DNA of 64,000 nucleotides from a virus. Its lineage: Duplodnaviria; Heunggongvirae; Uroviricota; Caudoviricetes. Position numbers and translations under genes: made by a program. Numbering within the stretch: the stretch's first letter is position 1; the number at the start of each line of letters is the position of its first letter. Below, in pieces: positions 27,684 through 37,956 of this stretch. Under the pieces are notes generated by a model, which saw only the letters and a program-made list of their open reading frames with translations, was not told the origin of the DNA and made no database searches. The stretch lies in the IMG/VR virus record IMGVR_UViG_3300032280_000361, one strand, 5' to 3'.

Positions 27684-27941
27684 TTAATAAGGAGATTCCC
27701 CTAACAATTCCACATTCCAAATTTGTTTCAATTCATCTAATGTAGAAATGTTACTAATATCTATATCAGTTATATCTCTTAATGCTTGTTTTTTAGCGCC
27801 AATTTCAGCCGATAGAGTGGTATTACCCACTTCCAACGCTTTCATAAATTGTACATCCAAATCTTTGAAAACCAATTCTCTTTTTTCTCTAATTTTACTT
27901 TTATGAATTTCCAGTGCTTTATTTAAATCAATTCTTATCAT
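27684..27941 (-). CDS. Putative tail-fibre assembly chaperone
   Basis: KIREKR..LDVQFMKALE..KKQALRDIT pattern typical of chaperones encoded downstream of fibres. Confidence 0.6.
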   Translation of the reverse strand: MIRIDLNKALEIHKSKIREKRELVFKDLDVQFMKALEVGNTTLSAEIGAKKQALRDITDIDISNISTLDELKQIWNVELLGESPY

Positions 27942-27945
27942 AATA

Positions 27946-28227
27946 TTAATAGTTTTCAGTATGTTGTGCTTCTTCCATTGCTATTCTAAATTTTTCATTT
28001 ATACCATAATCAGTTGGGTTAGACCAATCAGGGTCATATGCGGTATGAAATACTTTATCATAATATTCATATTCAACCAATATAAATGGCCACCCTTCTG
28101 GTACAGTTTGTTTTGCTATTGATGTAGCTGTTTTAAAATCATTCGCCAGAATACTCGCAGAGCCTAACATTATTTTTGTTCCTAAACTTTGTTTACGAGA
28201 AGGAAATATACTTACATATCTTGTCAT
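27946..28227 (-). CDS. Putative tail-fibre assembly/accessory protein
   Basis: IAKQTVPEGWPFILV..DW resembles the 'KDVPxGxP' fibre-assembly proteins; directly follows the fibre gene. Confidence 0.45.
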   Translation of the reverse strand: MTRYVSIFPSRKQSLGTKIMLGSASILANDFKTATSIAKQTVPEGWPFILVEYEYYDKVFHTAYDPDWSNPTDYGINEKFRIAMEEAQHTENY

Positions 28228-28240
28228 ATTTTTATTTTTT

Positions 28241-31200
28241 TTATTTGTAAACTAATAAATTAATTCTACTACCACTATTATCTTCATTAGTTAATTCTAT
28301 TTTAAAACTAGTGTTATATGTATCAAACACTCTTACTATTTGTGGTACTGGACCAGTTGCTGTTCCATTTGCCGCAACTACTACTCCATAGAAACCCGCA
28401 GCTGCAGTTACATTAGGATATGTTGATGAATCCTGTAATGCTTCTACAAAGAAAACTTGAAATGTATTTGTTGTTACATAAGTTATTTGTTCTATATTAA
28501 AAGAATAACCAATTACCCATACATCGGAATAAACAGATGTACAGTTTGTACTTGCATCCGGTTCAAACATTGCATATGCTCTTAACATTTGGAAAGCTCT
28601 GTTATATCCTCCAAAAAAGTGCGATGTCATAAAGTTACCACCCGCAGAACGGTTCGAACGAGGATATAATGCATTATTAATATAAATCCTTTGCATTGCA
28701 TTATGCCACTCAATTGCATTATGATTTAATAATAGGAATGTTCCGCCAATGTGTCCAACTGTTCTTCTTTTTTGGAATGAATTGTTTGTATTTGAAGCAT
28801 TGGTTGGAAAATTAGTAGTATCTAGTGAATCTAAAAAATCCGGTCTAGTTAAAAAATATCTATCGGTATCCTGCCCAACGTTAATTCCAACCTGATTAAT
28901 CGCTGTAGATGCTACTGATGCAGCATAATTTATATTTATATTAGGCATATAATAATTAACAGTGAAATAGTTATCATATGCTATATTATAAACTATATAT
29001 TGAACGGTAACAGTATATGCTTGCCCTGCTACCATATTTACTCCAGACATATATAATACTATATTAGCAGGTGGAGATGCGGGGCTGATTTGTTCATAAA
29101 AGTTACCGGCAAAATCCGCATCAAATACAGGAGTATTTACATACTCGGCTCCACCAAAACCACTATACACACTAGTACCCGTACTATCTTTTACATAAAG
29201 TCTCATATCAACATAAGGACCATTAGTCTTTGTTCCACTTATCCAAGTAGTTTTTCTTAAAGAAGTTACAGGAATACTTAATGTTAATTCAAATGCTGCA
29301 GTTAATGGTGATATTATCACGTTATCAACATTCCATGTAGGTGCAAATGGCCAATCACCTGCAACATAAGTTGTTCCACTGGTGGGGTCACCCGTAGCAG
29401 TTCCATACGGTACTTGTAAATAACCATTCGAACCTTGTCCTGATAATACACCATTTTGGAATGTAGCTACGCCGGCTGCAAATCCCGTAATTGCTAGTGT
29501 ACCGTTAAATGCGTTAGCGGGGTCTGCCGTTGATGTAGTACTATTATCTAAAAGAACTTTTGCAACACCATTAGTATCTTTTAATTTAATTGTACCATCA
29601 TTAGCTAAAACGGTTCTACCACTATTAGCGGTTAGTGTAGTTGGATTAATTGTCCATCCACCAATTGTTCCTGCTTGATTCGCGGTTAAAGTTGTAGCGG
29701 TCAATGCACCACTCAATGTTACGTTTGATGCATTTATATTACCACTTGTATCCAATGAAAAGTTACCCGCTGCAATTGAAAGGTTCTCCCCATCCCATAA
29801 AATATACTTACTTCCAGCAGTATTTTTTACAGATATTTTTGAAGTAGATGCATCAGTTCCTAAGAATATACCCTTTCCTGCTGCAGCATATCCTTTTGTT
29901 GCACCTTGTCCAATTGAAATATATGGTGAACCATCTCCTCCCCATATTGTTATATTCGCCGCATTTCCTGCTGCATTAGTACCAACATTAATTGTGTTTT
30001 GTACATAAGATTCTTCTGCAATTAAGAGTCCCGTTGATATTGCACTAAATGATGTGAACTCTTCCCAATTCGAATCACCTCCATTTGTCGGAGTAGATGT
30101 TGCACCAATCGTTGTTAAATCTGCACCTCTAAACGCATAGAATTTTCCACTATGTTTAACTGCATCTTTTTTAGTAGCATTATTATTTAATACAAATCCA
30201 GGGTCGGCCGCTTTCTTAGTTGCATAATCACCTATGAATAAAAGACCAGGCCCTTGTCTACCTTCTTTTGATACTGATACTTTATGAGTTCTGGTTTCAC
30301 TTCCTGCTACACCTTCTGAATTTACATAACTAATTGTAACCGATACGGTAATTCCCGCATCTGTTGTGGGTGTGTTTGGTGTAATAGTTCCGTTAGCATT
30401 ATTAGTTCCACCGGTAATAGCAGAAACATAATAAGTACTTGCTCCTCCACCTGTTGAATATGAATATGAAGTTGTTTCCTTAACAGTTATACTAAAGTTA
30501 GAAGGAGCTGCATATGTCGATGATGATGCAACGTTCTGTGAATCCGCTGAGAAACTTACTAATGTTGTAGGTGGTGCGTTTTTAATTTTTGATAATGAAA
30601 CGGTATCAGTTACACTTCTACTAGTTGATTCACTATCAGTTATCGTAGCACTTATAGAAACTATCGTACTATCAGTTCCATTTGCTAAAGTTCTACCACT
30701 TAATGTAATCGTTCCTGTTCCAGCAGTTGTTACGATTGTTGCGATATCACCTGATGTTGCAGTTAAGGCAGTAATTGTTTTTGTTGTAGTAGCTCCGTTA
30801 TATGTTTCACTAACTGTCACAACGGGATTACTAAACCCTCCGATTTGAACACCGGTTGATTTAGCAGTTACACTTTGTGATTTATTTGTTATTTCTATTT
30901 TTAATACGGGTGCCGCTTTTCTTGATTTAGAAATTGTTGCAGTTCCTACCACAGTTCTAACTACTCCCTCCGAATCAGTTACAACTCCGGTAATGGTTAA
31001 TACCGAACTATCTGTTCCATTTGCTAAAGCCGCCAATGTAATAGTTGTAGCATTTGTTGCACTAAATCCAGTATATGAATTTGTAGCAGTAACGGTTGCC
31101 GCAGAATTTAAGTTTCTGTCCGTAGTAGTTCCCTGATATGTATCCTTAACACTTAAAGTAATATTACCAAATGCAGTTATCTGTTCTCCGGTTGATTTTG

Positions 31201-34081
31201 CATCAGTTGTTTGAGAACGATTGTTTATTACAAAATCTAAAACAGGTGCCGCTCTTTTTGATTTGGAATAAACTATTGTTTTAGAATATGTTTCAACTGC
31301 ACCACTACCATCTTTATAAGTTATAGTTACAGAAACGGTTGCGGTATCAGTAGCGGTTGGGAAAGATGATATACCAACGGTTGCAGAGTTCGATGTTACC
31401 CCTAATGTTTTTATTACAGGTGTGCCTACATTACCCGCTATTGTATATGAACTTACATACCATCTATTATTTACTAAGTTAGTAGAATTAGTTGCACTAC
31501 TATCATAATTAATCTGTTCATCCCCAATAAATGCAGTTATTACCGAATCTCCATTTGTATATGTATCTTCAAATTCTCCGGTTGATTTTGCGGTAAATGT
31601 ATGTGATTCCTTTGAGAACTTAGTTAACAATGGAGTTTGTAAAATCACAGGGTCAATAGTTACTGAACCGGTATATGCAACTCCTCTTCTATCTAATTGT
31701 TGAAATATATAAGTAGTCGAACCAAACCCACTACCTGTTACAAAAGTTGTAGCAGAGTTAGTTCCTGCATCTAATACAAAAGTTAATGGTGAAGTATTAG
31801 CAGAACCACTTAGGGTTGCTAATAAGTTTCCTCCACTCTTTGTATGATTGATAGGGAATACTGATGATGATGGTAGGTTTAATCTATCAACTGATAATAC
31901 TATTCGTTGACTCGATGGGTCTGGAGCTAATGTAGTTCTCTTATATGTAAATTGATTTTTATTTGCTCTCGCTAAAACTTGCTTATCTTTCTCACCATCC
32001 GATTGTCTAAATATTGTAAAGTTTTTAGTAGCCGGTAATGATGAAGATGTTTCGGTTAAAGTGTAAACAATTCTATCTACTATTACCGAACCATATGGTG
32101 TTCCACCTAATGTTACATTGTTAATAGCAGGATTACTATGTCTACTTCCAGTAAAACTATTTAGAGTTAATACTGCACTTCCACTATAAAGGTTTTCCGA
32201 ATAAGTTCCAAATGAACCCGGATATTTGTTAAATGGCGAAGGTAATGCAGAGTATGATGCAGGAGGAATTGGAACTCCACCGGTATCAAATGCTTGAGAT
32301 GTAATCAACAAATCACCTAATACTCTATTTTTACTGATAGAGATATTAACTTGCTGAGTATCTGGTATTGCAATTAAATCAGAATCGAATGAGAAATAGT
32401 TTTTATCCGCATCTACTATAATTTCTTTATCAATTAATTTTATGTTTCCACTAACAAATTGTTGTTGAGCGAATACATCAATTGGAACATAGTTGTTATT
32501 GATATCGAAATATTCAAATCTGAAATCAAATGTTTCTTGCTCTAATTGTCTATCAATTGGAATAATAAAGTTAAATGAATCAGGAGAATAACCCAACTCA
32601 TTACTTGTTTTTAAACTTACTGAACCTACTTGCCAATAAGAATTTGCAGTTGTAGTATTTGATTTAAAATTAAGAGTCCAATCATCTGTTTTAGTTGGTA
32701 TAAAATTAACAGAACGTTTTGCTGCATTTCTAAATTGATTTGAACCAGTGAGATATTCTAAACTTTGTGTTTCATAATAATTTACTATTCCACTTCCACT
32801 TCTTAAAGTAGATGTTAAATATACACTTAAAGAATCATCAACATTATTTGAAGAAGAATCATATAAAGTATAATATTCTAATGTATATTCACTACCACTG
32901 TATAATCTTAAATCATTTCCTAAATTTGATGATATTGTATTATTTTTAAATTTAACCGCTTTGTATATCTTAGAAGAATCTAATGATGTATTTGCACTAC
33001 TAGCTGTACTCCAATAGGTATTCCAACTTGTTCCATCTAAATAAGAACCCGTAAAGAATCCAACTCTTTCAATTGAACCTGAAATCACATTTGTAAGTAT
33101 CTCAGATGAATCAACTCTTATATCTTGTATTACAGAATAATCTAAATTACTTGCTCTACTTTTACGGAATACTTTTAATCTTTCAACATCACCGACAAAT
33201 GTAGCTAAATTGCTAATGGAAAATCTACCGAATGAACCTAATATTGGAGATTCAGTAGGGTTAGTAAAATATTGATAATTTAATGCATATGAACCACTTT
33301 CGAATCTTTGTATCGTATTATCCGAACCTGTATATGGAACTCTTACGATTACCGTTTTTTCGTTTAAATATTCTAATACATCTGCATCTTGTATTCCTGT
33401 TCCTGCTACAGAAATAATTGTACCCGCATCTTTAAATGAACCACTTTGAATTTCTAAGTAATATCTAATTGCTCCTCTGTACCCTCTTATATCAGTTCCC
33501 TCAGATGGAGTTAATGCATAACCTCTAACGGTTGAAGATGATTGAGCAGTTGATATTAAATTCTTTGCGTAAAAACTTTCATCTAACTCTTCAATTTCTA
33601 CGATTGGTCTTTTAATAAATCTAACTCTAGTTTCGTTGGGTATATTTTTATTTATCTTTATATCCTTTTCCCACTTTATATTATATACACCTACCCACTC
33701 ATCAGGAACGGGTTGTTCAAATCCATTCTCATCAATATAACTCTTCAATTCTCCTAATACGGTGATTTTACCAATACCAATTGGAGTGGTTTGATAAACA
33801 TGAGCAGTTACTAATTTTGATAGACCCTCATAATACTCTGGAATACCTTCTCCAGCTTGTGTGAATAATGGGTTACCAATTGTATCTAATATCTCTATTT
33901 TGATTTCAGTATCTCCTTTTAAAAATGGCGAACCTTCTATAAGAAATCCATTTTTACCTGCAGTAAACGTATCCGCTAATTCCGATATTCTAAAATATTG
34001 AGAAGTTGCAGATGTATCATTAAGAAAAACTTGAAAGTTTTGCAAACTGAGTAAGGGTGATGTTTTTTGGATTTTTGCCAT
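28241..34081 (-). CDS. Long tail fibre / receptor-binding protein (1946 aa) with tandem Ig-like repeats
   Basis: Ser/Thr/Gly-rich; about 112-aa repeats (AKSTG, SKxxxAAPVL); C-terminal RAYAMF..SFNIEQIT..TFQVFF fibre-tip pattern; followed by chaperone genes. Confidence 0.7.
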   Translation of the reverse strand: MAKIQKTSPLLSLQNFQVFLNDTSATSQYFRISELADTFTAGKNGFLIEGSPFLKGDTEIKIEILDTIGNPLFTQAGEGIPEYYEGLSKLVTAHVYQTTPIGIGKITVLGELKSYIDENGFEQPVPDEWVGVYNIKWEKDIKINKNIPNETRVRFIKRPIVEIEELDESFYAKNLISTAQSSSTVRGYALTPSEGTDIRGYRGAIRYYLEIQSGSFKDAGTIISVAGTGIQDADVLEYLNEKTVIVRVPYTGSDNTIQRFESGSYALNYQYFTNPTESPILGSFGRFSISNLATFVGDVERLKVFRKSRASNLDYSVIQDIRVDSSEILTNVISGSIERVGFFTGSYLDGTSWNTYWSTASSANTSLDSSKIYKAVKFKNNTISSNLGNDLRLYSGSEYTLEYYTLYDSSSNNVDDSLSVYLTSTLRSGSGIVNYYETQSLEYLTGSNQFRNAAKRSVNFIPTKTDDWTLNFKSNTTTANSYWQVGSVSLKTSNELGYSPDSFNFIIPIDRQLEQETFDFRFEYFDINNNYVPIDVFAQQQFVSGNIKLIDKEIIVDADKNYFSFDSDLIAIPDTQQVNISISKNRVLGDLLITSQAFDTGGVPIPPASYSALPSPFNKYPGSFGTYSENLYSGSAVLTLNSFTGSRHSNPAINNVTLGGTPYGSVIVDRIVYTLTETSSSLPATKNFTIFRQSDGEKDKQVLARANKNQFTYKRTTLAPDPSSQRIVLSVDRLNLPSSSVFPINHTKSGGNLLATLSGSANTSPLTFVLDAGTNSATTFVTGSGFGSTTYIFQQLDRRGVAYTGSVTIDPVILQTPLLTKFSKESHTFTAKSTGEFEDTYTNGDSVITAFIGDEQINYDSSATNSTNLVNNRWYVSSYTIAGNVGTPVIKTLGVTSNSATVGISSFPTATDTATVSVTITYKDGSGAVETYSKTIVYSKSKRAAPVLDFVINNRSQTTDAKSTGEQITAFGNITLSVKDTYQGTTTDRNLNSAATVTATNSYTGFSATNATTITLAALANGTDSSVLTITGVVTDSEGVVRTVVGTATISKSRKAAPVLKIEITNKSQSVTAKSTGVQIGGFSNPVVTVSETYNGATTTKTITALTATSGDIATIVTTAGTGTITLSGRTLANGTDSTIVSISATITDSESTSRSVTDTVSLSKIKNAPPTTLVSFSADSQNVASSSTYAAPSNFSITVKETTSYSYSTGGGASTYYVSAITGGTNNANGTITPNTPTTDAGITVSVTISYVNSEGVAGSETRTHKVSVSKEGRQGPGLLFIGDYATKKAADPGFVLNNNATKKDAVKHSGKFYAFRGADLTTIGATSTPTNGGDSNWEEFTSFSAISTGLLIAEESYVQNTINVGTNAAGNAANITIWGGDGSPYISIGQGATKGYAAAGKGIFLGTDASTSKISVKNTAGSKYILWDGENLSIAAGNFSLDTSGNINASNVTLSGALTATTLTANQAGTIGGWTINPTTLTANSGRTVLANDGTIKLKDTNGVAKVLLDNSTTSTADPANAFNGTLAITGFAAGVATFQNGVLSGQGSNGYLQVPYGTATGDPTSGTTYVAGDWPFAPTWNVDNVIISPLTAAFELTLSIPVTSLRKTTWISGTKTNGPYVDMRLYVKDSTGTSVYSGFGGAEYVNTPVFDADFAGNFYEQISPASPPANIVLYMSGVNMVAGQAYTVTVQYIVYNIAYDNYFTVNYYMPNININYAASVASTAINQVGINVGQDTDRYFLTRPDFLDSLDTTNFPTNASNTNNSFQKRRTVGHIGGTFLLLNHNAIEWHNAMQRIYINNALYPRSNRSAGGNFMTSHFFGGYNRAFQMLRAYAMFEPDASTNCTSVYSDVWVIGYSFNIEQITYVTTNTFQVFFVEALQDSSTYPNVTAAAGFYGVVVAANGTATGPVPQIVRVFDTYNTSFKIELTNEDNSGSRINLLVYK
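30270..31640 (-). repeat. About four tandem 112-aa Ig-like protein repeats in the tail fibre
   Basis: SQ..AKSTG three times; SKSKRAAPVL, SKSRKAAPVL and SKIKNAPP spaced about 336-339 nt apart. Confidence 0.75.
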
Positions 34082-34100
34082 TCTGTATAATTTCTTATAG

Positions 34101-34107
34101 ATAAATA
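34101..34107 (-). promoter_or_regulatory. Candidate late promoter motif TATTTAT
   Basis: 19 nt upstream of the tail fibre ATG. Confidence 0.55.
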
Positions 34108-34118
34108 CCTTTTCGTTG

Positions 34119-34134
34119 TATTTATTTATAAATA
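34119..34134. promoter_or_regulatory. Overlapping TATTTAT motifs on both strands of the fibre/RHH divergent gap
   Basis: TATTTATTTATAAATA: plus-strand TATTTAT at 34119 and 34123, minus-strand copy at 34128-34134. Confidence 0.45.
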
Positions 34135-34136
34135 TA

Positions 34137-34167
34137 CTAAAGAAATCTAAAGAATGATAAAGAAATC
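34137..34167 (+). repeat. 10-bp-period direct repeats over the RHH start codon (candidate operator)
   Basis: CTAAAGAAAT / CTAAAGAATG / ATAAAGAAAT at 34137, 34147 and 34157. Confidence 0.5.
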
Positions 34168-34339
34168 AGAAAGATATGCTATGTTACAACTCCCAAAAGA
34201 GATTCATACTGCATTAAAAGACTATTGCGATGAGAGAGGTTATAAAATGAGTAGGTTCGTATCTAACCTAATTAAGGATAAAATACGAACCACTAATAAA
34301 GCTAGGAATGTTCTTCCTGTGGATAAAATTAGAATTTAA
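34154..34339 (+). CDS. Ribbon-helix-helix (Arc/CopG-like) DNA-binding protein
   Basis: beta strand YAMLQLP, helix KEIHTALKDYCDERG, helix MSRFVSNLI; only credible plus-strand gene. Confidence 0.7.
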   Translation: MIKKSERYAMLQLPKEIHTALKDYCDERGYKMSRFVSNLIKDKIRTTNKARNVLPVDKIRI

Positions 34340-37300
34340 CTGAACTGAATCCGTTATCTTTTTTAATCTCCAATAAACTATCTACTACATCCCTCATTGA
34401 ATCGATGTGTGAAATTACTATTACGAACTCAAATTGAGTCTTAAGATATGCAAATGCCATAAATAGGGATTGTAAGTTTTCACTATCCAATGTCCCAAAC
34501 CCTTCATCGATTACTAAGAAGTTTGGCCGCGGTAGATTACATATATTGATTAAAGCAACTCTAATTGCCAATCCACTTACGAATTTTTCCATACCACTAC
34601 ACATCTCTAACGGCCACTTTCGGTTATCACCGTAATTGATATAAGCATTAACATTCTTACCATCCATTTGTAAGTTCATACTGAAATCTACAATCTGACC
34701 TAAAATGTTATTAATTTCCCCTTCAATTGCGGGTAGGGTTCTACTAATTAGTTCATATGATATACCATCTCTCTTAACTGCATCCAAATAGTAATCATAT
34801 AGTTTGTTAGTTTCTTCTAACTTCTTAATTTGAGAAATCCTATCTTCAATTCCTTCTTTTTCTTGCTTTGCTTTAGAAACTATACTATTGATAGATAATT
34901 TTTCATCATCAACTTCTTTGATTTGTTTTTTAATACCATTGATAATCTCTTTAGTATCGGTAATATCTTTACGAAATTTTTTATTTAATTCTATCTGCTC
35001 TTTGTTTCTATGATACTCTTCAATCTTAGTAGTTGAATCTCTTATACCATCTTCAGAATCTCTTATATCTAATTTAGTCTTAGAAATATACTCTTTGATT
35101 CTACTAACTAAAGTTTTAGAATCATTTACCTCTTTATGTTTAGATTGATATGATTTATATGCTTCCTCAACATCATCCCATCTATCCAAAGTTTGCTGAA
35201 TACCGGTAGCATCAACCATTGCCTGTTTAACTATTGATTCCAATTCAGGTAATGCATTTTTTGCAACCATCGCATCTTTAACAAATGTATTATCACAACA
35301 ATATTTACAATTTGGGTCATATTCATGTTTATCCAAATGTTTTATCTTTTCTTCAGCTAAACTTAAATATAATTTTGCATTTGAATATACTTTCTCTGCT
35401 TCAATTAGTTTTTTCTGTTCTTCTTGATAATTTGAATATACAATTTCTATATCAATATTATTATATTTGGATAGAAAGGATTGTGATTCAATTAACTCCG
35501 ATACTATACCTTCTGCCTGTATCAATTGTTCATCCATCTTTACAAGTTTACCATTATTGATTTCCAATGAACTTGTAAAAGATTCTAATCGTTTTGTTTC
35601 AACATCTAAATCAATTGAAAGAGTGGTTTGTTGAATTTGAGATTCTAAATTAGATAACTTCCTTTCTACTTCTGTTTTATCTTGCTCAATCTCATCCTTC
35701 TTTTCAACTAACTCATTAAATATCTTTCCGTTGATTTTAACAATTTCATCCAATTCGGCTAATCTCAAAGAGAAATCATCCTTCTTAAAATTCTTTAATA
35801 GGATTGCAGCTTCTTTATTATCTTCACTAATTACATCAAATAACTTATCAAATACATTTACTCCAATGTATTGTGCGAGAATATCTTTTCTTTCCGATTG
35901 TGATTTATCTATGAATAAAGCATTGTTACCTTGCAATGAAAGTGAGGTCATTACGAAATCTTCATAAGTACCTAAATACTTTTTGATTACATCATTTGTA
36001 TTTCTTCTCTCATCTCCATTAAGTGATTCATCTACTCCATCAACTACTCTCCAAAAATTAACATTTACCTTAACTTTTTCAGTTTTGGTTGTATGAGCTT
36101 CTCTTTCAATAAAATAATCTATACCATCAATCTCAAAATTAAATTTACAACTGAATGTATCTTTTTGATTATTCATAATGTGAGTAGCCTTAAATGCTCT
36201 ACTACACTTATCGAATATACAAAATGAAAGTGAATCAAATAGTGATGATTTACCTTGTGTGTTTGGTGCAAATAAACCAATGATTCCTTTTGCTCTATCA
36301 AATTCTATTTTATTTCCTTCACCGTATGAGAACATATTACTGAATTCAAACTTCTTAGGAATCCAAAGGATATTATCCGTATCTTCGTGAGTAATTTTTG
36401 TATTAACATTATTGTTAATCTCAATTACTTTATTTACAGTCTCATTATCTAAAAGGAATTGCCTTTCTAAATATTCTTTAATTAATCCATTCTGAACATT
36501 TACATCTCTAACATTACCCGCTAAGTTTCTAGCGTTTCTGTTTTTAGTTTTAAGAGAGTTCAAAGTATCTTGTCGAGTTACGGTAATCTCAGATATGTTA
36601 AACATCTTTTGTAGTTCGGTTGATACTAACTTAATATCACCTCCCTCCGTTTCCTGAAATCTAACTCTTAGTCGAGGTTGTTTAGGTAATTTAGTTCCTA
36701 TCTCATCGTGAACCCATTGAGGAATAACTCCATTGGTTACATCAATAGTTAGATAACCATAATCATTGTGAATATTAAACTCTTCAAAGGTTTCATTCTT
36801 CACATCCCATAATAAGTAACCATGATTCTCTAAGTATTCTCCGTGATTTTGCTGAACAACTGAACCGGCATAAACTACAATTGGTTTACCATTTGCTTTA
36901 TCTCTTTGTTGAACAATTTGTCTTTTATGAATATCTCCCATCAATACCATATCAAACCCATCGAACATATCGGGTGTGAAATTGTTAGATGATACTACAT
37001 AGCCAATATCGGTTCTCGCAGCATCTACCGGTCCATGAAAGAAACATATTTTAGTTTTACCTTCTACATCTTTTCCCAACGGCCAATTCGCTTTCTTATC
37101 TAAGATTGAATAGACTGTAAAAGTTAATTCATCATTGATATGAGTTGTACCCGTATCTCTTAAATAATATAAGTTTGGATTGTTTAGGTTATCACAGATA
37201 GGAGTTAATACATCCAATCTATCCATATTGTTTAAGTTACAATCGTGGTTTCCTGTGATTACAAATGTAGGGAATCGATTTGCACATTCATTAAAGAACC

Positions 37301-37508
37301 AAGTGATTTCTCTAACTAATTCCGGACTCATTTCCGTTTTAGCGTGTGCAATATCTCCTGCTAAATAAATAACTGCGTTCTTCTTCTTTTGTGAATCTAC
37401 ATCCGCTAAGAATTTATTTAGAATCTCTCTATACTCCTTATGACGTTTTAAGTTACGGATATGTAAATCCGCTAAGTGATAGATGTAATCTACTTTTAGG
37501 TTAAGCAT
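34329..37508 (-). CDS. Mre11/SbcD nuclease fused to Rad50/SbcC ATPase (T4 gp47+gp46-like)
   Basis: LADLH, AGDIAH, GNHD, FHG, GDIH; Walker A APNTQGKS, hook CKYC, signature CSGME, Walker B VIDEG, ISH. Confidence 0.92.
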   Translation of the reverse strand: MLNLKVDYIYHLADLHIRNLKRHKEYREILNKFLADVDSQKKKNAVIYLAGDIAHAKTEMSPELVREITWFFNECANRFPTFVITGNHDCNLNNMDRLDVLTPICDNLNNPNLYYLRDTGTTHINDELTFTVYSILDKKANWPLGKDVEGKTKICFFHGPVDAARTDIGYVVSSNNFTPDMFDGFDMVLMGDIHKRQIVQQRDKANGKPIVVYAGSVVQQNHGEYLENHGYLLWDVKNETFEEFNIHNDYGYLTIDVTNGVIPQWVHDEIGTKLPKQPRLRVRFQETEGGDIKLVSTELQKMFNISEITVTRQDTLNSLKTKNRNARNLAGNVRDVNVQNGLIKEYLERQFLLDNETVNKVIEINNNVNTKITHEDTDNILWIPKKFEFSNMFSYGEGNKIEFDRAKGIIGLFAPNTQGKSSLFDSLSFCIFDKCSRAFKATHIMNNQKDTFSCKFNFEIDGIDYFIEREAHTTKTEKVKVNVNFWRVVDGVDESLNGDERRNTNDVIKKYLGTYEDFVMTSLSLQGNNALFIDKSQSERKDILAQYIGVNVFDKLFDVISEDNKEAAILLKNFKKDDFSLRLAELDEIVKINGKIFNELVEKKDEIEQDKTEVERKLSNLESQIQQTTLSIDLDVETKRLESFTSSLEINNGKLVKMDEQLIQAEGIVSELIESQSFLSKYNNIDIEIVYSNYQEEQKKLIEAEKVYSNAKLYLSLAEEKIKHLDKHEYDPNCKYCCDNTFVKDAMVAKNALPELESIVKQAMVDATGIQQTLDRWDDVEEAYKSYQSKHKEVNDSKTLVSRIKEYISKTKLDIRDSEDGIRDSTTKIEEYHRNKEQIELNKKFRKDITDTKEIINGIKKQIKEVDDEKLSINSIVSKAKQEKEGIEDRISQIKKLEETNKLYDYYLDAVKRDGISYELISRTLPAIEGEINNILGQIVDFSMNLQMDGKNVNAYINYGDNRKWPLEMCSGMEKFVSGLAIRVALINICNLPRPNFLVIDEGFGTLDSENLQSLFMAFAYLKTQFEFVIVISHIDSMRDVVDSLLEIKKDNGFSSVKF

Positions 37509-37530
37509 GTTTATACTATATGTTGTGTTA

Positions 37531-37562
37531 CAAAGATACGAAAAAAAGGTGAGACTACCAAA
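37531..37562 (-). promoter_or_regulatory. Bacteroidota-type housekeeping promoter for Mre11-Rad50
   Basis: TTTG (37562-37559), 20 nt, TATCTTTG (37538-37531); matches the -33/-7 consensus. Confidence 0.8.
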
Positions 37563-37955
37563 TTATTTACCAATTAAATCCATTGGTGTGTTGCGGAATA
37601 TTCTGTATGAATCCTCATTAAAGTGTTGAGTACTAACCTCGTATATAGTAGATAAATCATCTATAGCTTGCAGTTGATGTGGTAATCCTCTTTCTATTGT
37701 TACTGAATCTCCTACTTTGATTATTTGTGATATTAATTTACCATCTTCTACATCTAACCAACTGAATATAAAACTACCCTGCTGAACATACCAACTCTCC
37801 TTTTTCTTTAAGTGATAATGCATTGAGAACTTATCACCGGTATGGTTGAATACTAATAATTTTCCACAATACTCTTCGTTATTGTGAACCCATAATTCGT
37901 AACCCCATGCCTTTTCTATTTTAAGGGGTTGTTTAATTTCTACTTCTAATTTCAT
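37563..37955 (-). CDS. Cupin protein (type II mannose-6-phosphate-isomerase C-terminal-like)
   Basis: EKAWGYE, SMHYHLKKKESWYV, PHQL, EVST..EDSYR. Confidence 0.7.
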   Translation of the reverse strand: MKLEVEIKQPLKIEKAWGYELWVHNNEEYCGKLLVFNHTGDKFSMHYHLKKKESWYVQQGSFIFSWLDVEDGKLISQIIKVGDSVTIERGLPHQLQAIDDLSTIYEVSTQHFNEDSYRIFRNTPMDLIGK

Positions 37956-37956
37956 A

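Noticed and set aside
28241-29000. Diversity-generating retroelement target at the fibre tip
   Set aside because: No reverse transcriptase and no template/variable repeat pair seen in the window.
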